A DNA stretch of 64,000 nucleotides from positions 372,001 to 436,000 of the forward strand of contig MU054026.1 in NCBI GenBank assembly GCA_013239625.1, read 5' to 3'. The position numbers and the translations under genes are program-made. Shown here one piece after another: positions 56,647-64,000 of this stretch (its first letter is position 1; every line of letters begins with the position of its first letter). This stretch comes from Lama guanicoe. Taxonomy: Eukaryota. The notes under the pieces are model-generated. The model did no database searches and was not told the origin of the DNA. It saw nothing but the letters and a program-made list of their open reading frames with translations.

Positions 56647-57740
56647 AACTGGGTTTGGCCCATCAAGATGCTTGTCTCTGTAAGAAAACTATGTTAAAAG
56701 CAACCTGTTATATGATGAAGACTTCAGACGAACAAGCACGGAAGAGAACATTTCATCTTCAAGATACCATATGTCCGCATGTGCTCTCAGTTCTGTTTCC
56801 TTGGACGTTACTGCTTAAATAGGTCTTGAACGGTTTGTTTTGAAATACTGTATATATTTATTTTCAAATGTATACATTGTTAATAAGCTAAGAAGGAAGA
56901 CGCTGCTTCCAGAACCATGTACATATTATGAGAGTTCTGGAGGAAATTTATGTTGAAATAGTCAAACAATTTAGTCTTTGAGTTTAAAGTCCTTTTTCCC
57001 TTCATCTCTTCGCATCAGGAGAGCAGTTATATGAATTTGGATTAATTCTCTGTTTTGGTATTTTGCTTTCTCTCTCTCTCATTCCTTTTCTCTGTTATTT
57101 CTTCTCCCCTTCCCCCAGTTGTTTTCTTTTCTTTTTTCTCTTGTTTCCCCCCCCAATATACAATACTTAAAATTTTACATGTTATGGCCCATTCTTTCAC
57201 ACTTTGAGAATTGTGCATATTTCAAATAAGATGGTCATTTTCTGTTACTTAGAAATACTGTTTTTTTGTTTCTGTTGTCTTGTAGTTCACATTTCTCCGA
57301 GGTTGTAAGTACATATAGCAAGTCCTAAAAATACAGCTCTCTGAATAATTGTCCAAAAGCTAATATGACAGCAGCTTTTTGTATTGAGCCTAAGATATTT
57401 TTATGTGCAAGCATAAACTGTCTTTCTGCAGTAATTTTTTATGAAAACCTAGTTTTTAAGAGCATTTGAAAATCGCTCCCCTAGACTTGTTAATATAACA
57501 TATCCTTTCTGATTAAAGCAAAATGATTTTTGGTCTTTTAAGACTAGAAGTCCCACTAATCCATCTAGCTCTCTTGCCTCATGGAACTTTGGGGAGAAGG
57601 AAGACACACAAATGAGAAGAGCAAGGCGGTGGTGATTTTTGCCAGTCAATGTGTTGCATAGTCATGTGACTTTGTTTGGAAGGTAAATAATATCTCATTC
57701 CTGTGGTGCTGAATAAAAAGATTAAGAAGGTTAAATTAAG
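56647..57740 (+). other. PIK3C3: PIK3C3 3' UTR (3' end uncertain)
   Basis: Follows the stop codon; variant hexamer AATAAG at 56882-56887 preceded by TGTA elements; first canonical AATAAA at 57712-57717; more AATAAA at 59668 and 59752-59765. Confidence 0.6.
56910..56987 (+). repeat. Direct repeat copy 2 (3' UTR region)
   Basis: cagaaccatgtacatattatgagagttctggaggaaatttatgttgaaatagt shared with 55073-55125. Confidence 0.97.
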
Positions 57741-58222
57741 GCAGAGTTTTGGAGAATGCCATTAATTACAATGTTTGCTACCAAACTCAACTCTGTGAGT
57801 TTACCTCTCCAGAATGAGGTTTACCAGCTGGAAGGCAAGCATATATTAAGTGATGGTCATAGAGGCAAATGGATTGTGATTTGTATAAAACATCCATGCA
57901 GATGAGAAAAATGGTAAAAATGAAAAGACCTCTGCAAATATCATAAGAGAATGTGTGCCCAAGCTAAATGGCAAGCTCCATCCTCTTATTTTGCTTTTTC
58001 TTTGCTTTCCGTATTTACATCATTTTTTTTCCTTAGCTGTTGGTAACCCGCCTGCATTCTTATTCTTTTAAGTCCTATTTCTGTTGGTACTTTGTCCAAA
58101 AGGAATGGCCCTGTTGAGAGTGACCACTCCAGCTTTCTGAACTTTCTGAATTCCTCATTTGTAGCTCTTTAACTGGTACGTGGTAAAGTGGGGTATTTTG
58201 GGGATAGCCGCATCTCCTGTTT

Positions 58223-58401
58223 CAGAGGTTGGCAGACTGTTTTCTGAAAGGGGCAAAGATAGTAAGTACCTTTTGCTTTGGAAAGCATATGATCCAGTTC
58301 ACAGCCCCCCAACTGTGCTGTATCAGTAAAACAGCCACAGAGAATAAGTAATCAAACAGCATGGCCTGATTGGACCTCAGGCCATAATCTGCTGATCCCT
58401 G
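58223..58401 (+). mobile_element. MER58A-like hAT MITE
   Basis: TIR-like ends cagaggttggcaga / tctgctgatccctg. Confidence 0.7.
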
Positions 58402-60546
58402 TTTGAATCAGCTGTCGGGCAGCGCGGTATCATCTGTCTTCATAAACTCCATTATACTCGGCATGGACGGTAGCATGATTTATATGTATAACATGCTCTA
58501 TAAGTAATTTTTGGAGCAGTATGAAATTGTACAAGGGCAAACCCTGACAACCAGTAAGGAGGGTTGATCCTGAGTAACCTTGTATTCAGTGCAGACTCAG
58601 TAGGGATTATGGGGGAGACGGCTCCCTAGGAAGGCAGGCAGGTGTCGACCGAGGATGGACAGCAGCTTTGGTTTCGCTGAGAGCGTTTTGGCTGCTGGCA
58701 GTGAGCCATCACGGGAAGAAAAGTGATGCGTTGGTCTCTGTTGCTCAGAGCAACCTCTGTGCTCCTGCTGTTTCCCCAGCTCCCATTCTTTCATTGTTTA
58801 GAGTTTCTGTCTTTACCATTTGTCTCTGTTTTCCTTTACTGTCATTGCATTCAGATTCTTTGTCAAGTTTTATAGTCTTTTCGAGCACAGTGCTTGCTTT
58901 GAGTTTAGACAAAGTATGTGTGAGGACGGATTGCCCTAATTAAAAATTGCAAGTGCCGTGGTCATGTACTCTGGAGTCTTCAGAGTGGATCTCTGAGCTG
59001 GAGAGACATTGTGGGTGGCAGCCACGGAAAGCGGGGCCATCAGAAAGACATCAAGTGTGGGCCACGGCCCTAAATTAAGGCATTGATGCAGCCTGATTTT
59101 TGCTAGTCTCTGTATAGAGTTAGATGTTCCCCAGCTTTTTTGTATTACAGAGTTTTCAGGTGCGTATATATTGTAATAATAATAGTCAACGTGATTTATA
59201 AGGGCTTACCGTTACATGTCAGGATTATGCTAACTGCTTCAGTGCCTTATCTCACTGTTGTGTGTAACAGCCCTGTGAGACAGAACCGTCTCCCCATTCT
59301 TCAGAACTTTAAGGCCATTGAATCATCCGCCCACAGTAAGGCTGCAGAGTGAGAGCAGAGTTGGGATCCGAAGTTGAGTTTCTCAGATTCCAGTGGTCAC
59401 AGGCTTGACCATCAAGTCCTCCCGGCCTTTGTTTCTCATGTGGTGATAATACTGACCCCTAGTGTGTGTGTATGACTGTGGCTCGTTAGACTGGAATCTC
59501 CCCAAAACAGGCTGTTCTTTACTTACTTTTTGTCATAAACAGGATTACTGGGATCGTCAATAAATTCTAGAAATTTCTAAGAAACTGAGTTGTGTGTCAT
59601 CATGCCACATGTTCATACATGCCTTGAAATAGGAGATAAGTTACTCAGTAAAAACATACAGGGACAAAATAAATCTGAACCATGCAACAGTTAACCCACA
59701 ATCATCATGCACTTTATATTTTTGCATATAGACCTAACATTGCAATTTAAAAATAAATAAATAAACCAGATTGAGACTCAGGAGGGTTTGGTTTTGTTTT
59801 TTGTTTTTTTTTTGGAGGATAAATTTCAAAATCAACATGAATTTTCTATAATACAGAAAAAAATACTGGTCTTTCCAAATGAATAATTTGATGTGTTAAC
59901 ACATCATTATATAGAATGCATACCACCTGGATGGGATCATGGCACAGGAAAGGGACATTAGCTAAAAACTAAAATCTAAAGTGTGGACTAATTTAAAAAA
60001 AAAAATGGAATTAGTGGTCTCAAAGTATAAGGCAGTTATTATACTTTGTAGAAAACCCCACAGTTCTGAGTTTGTCTAATTCCCCTCAAGAGATGTTCAT
60101 TTTTGGTAGGAACGCTTCAGCATGTGCTGTGTGTTTTTCAGAGCATCTTATCAGATGTCAGTTCGTCCATTTCCTGGTGGTGGTAGCTGTCCTTACTCGG
60201 TTACTGTGTGTTTTCCAGCTTTCTTCTTTCTGAAGTTAGTTTTTGTTTGATACTTATAAAGTAGCAATTCGTAAGTGTTTTATGAGGAGGTGCTTTGAAA
60301 CTGTGTAAGTAGCTGGTTCTTTACCGCAGTTTTACAAAACCACCAATTTCAGCATAAACTGCTGATTCTTGCCTGAATCAAGTATTACTGTGGTGAAAGC
60401 CACGTAGTGATTTTTTTTTAGTTCCATTATTATTTCTACACTTGTTAGTGATCTGCGCTTAGGTAGAGCTCGCCTTTCTCCATTAATTATTTTTCCATAT
60501 ATATATATATATATATCCTTTTCCTTATATTAGTATGGACTCTATG

Positions 60547-61100
60547 TGTTAGGTAGGTAGGTAAGTGGGGGCACTGGCGGACAGGTGGAGGACAGGGAGG
60601 GTGGTCCAGACGGTGGCGATACGCCTGCCCCCAGCATAAAGGGGCTTTACTTCCCCCAGATGAGTGCCGGCAAGAAACCGGTTAGAGCAGGGCAGCCAAG
60701 ACTGTGCAGTAGCAGAAAGGACTTAACTGGACACGACCAGTTCTGTACTGTACTGTATTGTATGTGTTACAATTAACATTGCGGTGTAGCCGCCATCCCC
60801 TTGGCTTTCCGAGTGTACACCACGGGTGAGGACGTGCACAAAGGGGCCAAACGACTACATTCAGGGACAAGAGCCATCAGTCAATCAAGAGACCACCTGT
60901 AAGTGAGGGTATAAGGGAAAGAGGAGACCAGAACTGCCTCTTCCCCCCTTAGAGCAGCCCGCACCCTGTTCTTGGAGGCATTCTTCTCCATTTTTAAATA
61001 AATCTTTTAAAATCTTTCACTACACAATGCATCGTCTCCCGACTGTAAACGTGTCTTTCGGGTATGACAAAAATCGGGCCCTTTATCTTTTGGGGTGACA
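60547..61100 (+). mobile_element. Relatively young ERV solo LTR inside an old L1 fragment
   Basis: TG...CA ends (tgttagg...ggtgaca); near-TSD tatg/tgtg; TATAA at 60910; AATAAA at 60997-61002; many retained CpGs. Confidence 0.8.
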
Positions 61101-62264
61101 TGTGGACTCCTTACTTAATTTTATTATAGAATGCATTCCTGTCATCACTTATTTTGTCGGTAAAATTGCACCAAAACTGACCTGTCTTCAGCCCTGCCTG
61201 TGTCCCCTGACGTGGCTGCAATATTCTTTGAGGCCTCTCTTGCTTTTCTGGCATGAAAAGATGAGCCAGGCTCATCTTACACTTTGTCTGCCCGCCCCCA
61301 CCCCCCAGAGTCAGCCGTTTCTCTAAGGACTCTTGGTTCTTTTTTCTGGTTCAATTTTACCATAAAACTTCCCAAATAAAGTATCTGACTTTTCTAAAAT
61401 AGAAGCTATTGTAGCATCCCAGTATGGCCATTCTAAACCTCTGGAGTCTAAACAGGGGGTATAGATATAAATAAACTTAAAGTAGAGTAACTCATATCTG
61501 AATGAATCAGAGAATTGAGCTGTTTTCTCCAGTTCTAAGCTTTAGGTTGTCACCACCACTATCTTCCTTGAGACCATCAGGATTAATCTTACTCTGCCCT
61601 TTGTGTCTGTTTTGTTAGCACAAGAAACCCAGACCTCCCTGAGTCATCCCTCAGTCCCTGGCCTCTGATTCACATACGGCTTTACAACCCCGATCTCCCA
61701 AAGCTCTGGAGTTCTGGGACCATCATCAACAGAATCTGTCAAGTGTCCACTTTTAGGTACTGCACACGTTTTTTTCCCCTGTTCTCTCTTTTCAAAAGAA
61801 AAATAAAACCAAGAAAGTTAGTTTAAGGAATTCAGTAAAGTCAACTAAGAAGTATCTCAAAGTATATCCTAAAGTCTGTAGGCCAACTGTCTACACAGCA
61901 CTAAATAATTACTGTTGTGTTCGTAATCATGACCCTTTCGAGATTACTGGTCGTCAAAGAAAACCAATGGTGTTAATTTGAAAACTGAATATTGAACGGT
62001 TAGTATAATGCCTAGCTCATTGTGTTTCAAGTTGAGGGAGAGAATGGTTGATTCCCAGTTAACAACATTAATAGAAAAGAAGTTCCTTCACCAACTTTTT
62101 TTTCTCCAGAAATTTTAATTTATTTATTTTACAAGCCAGATGAAGGCCCATTTAATCTCCCAAAAGATGGGTTTCTGCATAATAGTATCAAGAATTCTAC
62201 TCGTCCTCCCCTAAGTAAATGATCAAACCATTTAGACTGCAGTAGCCTGAGTGTGGAGGGGTTT

Positions 62265-62385
62265 TCTTGTTTGTTTTTTGTTGTTTTGTTTGTTTGGTTT
62301 TTGGTTTTTGTGTGTGTGGTTTTTTTACTGGTTTGGTTTTCTCTTTTTTTTGTATATACCAACTTTTTTTTGTATATACCAACTT
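62265..62385. repeat. T/G-rich low complexity with a 20-bp tandem duplication
   Basis: tttttttgtatataccaact occurs twice at ~62343-62385. Confidence 0.85.
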
Positions 62386-62489
62386 TAATTTTAGTTTCAA
62401 TTGTCTGGCTCTTTGATCAAACATTTTTTTAAAAAGCTGATCAAAAGAGATCTAAGTTTGACGTTAAAAAAAAAAGCACGCATAACATA

Positions 62490-63008
62490 AACAGCATACA
62501 AAGCTGCATTTCCACCCCTAGGTGTTTACCCAAAAGAAATGAAAATGTGTCCACAGAAGACTTACTCCTAGCATGATTCATAATAACCACAAAGCGGAAC
62601 AACTCGAATGCCCATCCGCTGATGAATGGCCAGACAGAATCTGTATTCTCATACAACAGGACACGACTCATCGCTAAAAAGGAACTACTTACATTGCCCC
62701 AATATGGATGAACCTCAAAAATACTATGCCAAGTGAAAGATGCCAGACACAGAAAAGACGCTTAGACCACGTGTTGTAAGCTTCCGTGAACCAGAAAAGG
62801 TAAATTTTCAGAGGCAGAAAGCAGATCAGAGGCTGCCAGGAGCTGGGGGTGAAAATGGGAATTGAATGTTAAGGGGCACTGAGGGAACTTGATGCAATAA
62901 TGGAAATATTCTAAAACGGGATTTTGGTGATGGTTGAACTGCTATATTGACTAAAAACCATAGAATTCTGTTTATGACATTCGGTGTATCTCAATAACAC
63001 CAGTTTTA
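62490..63008 (+). mobile_element. Old L1 (L1MB/MC-like) 3' end
   Basis: ctaggtgtttacccaaaagaaatgaaaat...atggatgaacctcaaaaatactatgccaagtgaaaga. Confidence 0.75.
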
Positions 63009-63579
63009 AAAAGAGATCCGAAGCAACTCGAAGTCTAAGGCCAGGTGACAACGGCTGTCCCATCTCACGGGAACCAGGCAGATGTGGCTTGAGACACCTC
63101 AAAGAGATGCTTTCTCGGCCACGTTCACCCATGCGTGTCCACCTGGACATCACCTCGGTGTCGCCACCTTTGCCTGCCCGGGAGCTGCTGCCCTGTAATG
63201 GGGCCTCCGGTCCCCTGGCAGACGCCTGCTGTCCCGAGCCCTGGGAAACGGACACGGTGCACGTTTCCTGGCTTCCTGCCGGGGCTGGTGGTGGGGCCCC
63301 TCCAGCCCAGGTGCTGCAGGGGGAGGAGAGGCGCCCACGGAGCGGAGCCGTGGGCCCGGGTGCGGGGATGCACGTCTTTAACAGTCAGCCCAGCGCCACA
63401 GGATGCCACGTCCAGGTGCGACAGGAAAGCCAGATCGATGCTCTGAGACTGTTGTAACTCTTCTTCTCGGTGCAGGCGGGGAATTAGTGTCCCATCCCAG
63501 AATACATGCTAGGAATGCCCACTTAACTGCTGCAAGCGGCCACCATCCGCTGCTCAGGAGAGCTTCCACCGTGCCACCA

Positions 63580-63690
63580 ACAGGGTTTCCTTTTCTGCAC
63601 ATCCTTACCAGCAATCATTGTCTCTTGCCTTTTTGTTAAAAGCCATCCTAGCAGGTGTGAAGTGATACCTCATTATGGTTTTGATTCACC
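63580..63690 (-). mobile_element. L1 fragment
   Basis: cagggtttccttttctgcacatccttaccagca...gccatcctagcaggtgtgaagtgatacctcattatggttttgatt. Confidence 0.75.
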
Positions 63691-64000
63691 TGCACCTCTT
63701 TTAGCTTCACACACTCCTGGGTTGGGTCATTTTCTCCGAGGACCAACAGCTGCACTTGAAAGAGCTCACTGCTTCAACCACCCGCCTTACACCGATCCTA
63801 GGTCACCAGCCTAAACTTTGATTCCCTCAAGGATACATTACTCTGAGGTCCTCACTGTCCTCCCTGTCATTGGGCTTTTAGGAGACACTTGCCCCCATCC
63901 CATAATCCTCCCTTATCTCTGAATCTCAGAGAGGAGTTGCAACAAGGTACTGTTTTTTTAACACAATCCTTTGAGATCCTCATGCAAATTGCTCCGTCTG

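Noticed and set aside
62911..63639. Cluster of overlapping 60-157 aa ORFs on both strands
   Set aside because: No recognisable protein; ORFs in many frames are expected where high GC removes stop codons; region is flanked by and resembles L1.

Overview
Mammalian genomic DNA (AT-rich, intron-dominated, CpG-depleted). It carries the 3' half of PIK3C3 (VPS34, class III PI3-kinase) on the + strand: 14 GT-AG exons (human numbering 12-25) from the helical-domain linker to the stop codon (...HKFAQ|YWRK*, TGA at 56644-56646). All exon phases join into one open frame, with intact [18 protein letters not shown] and DFG motifs. The tRNA-derived SINEs and young L1 3' ends resemble camelid elements, so the species is probably a camel, llama or alpaca (inference). 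Introns hold L2, MIR, L1, MaLR and ERV solo LTRs, hAT MITEs and a near-complete Tigger1. Repeat family names come from my recall of consensus sequences, not a database search, and old-repeat boundaries are approximate. I see no new multi-gene system. The best leads are: (i) a ~78-bp direct repeat flanking the terminal exon, whose intronic copy looks like an in-frame alternative last exon replacing YWRK; (ii) two Tigger1 pieces 34 kb apart that appear to abut exactly in consensus coordinates; (iii) a recursive-splice-like exon 14 junction and a candidate poison microexon; (iv) a CTCF site with its upstream motif; (v) a GC-shifted L1-like patch downstream of the gene.
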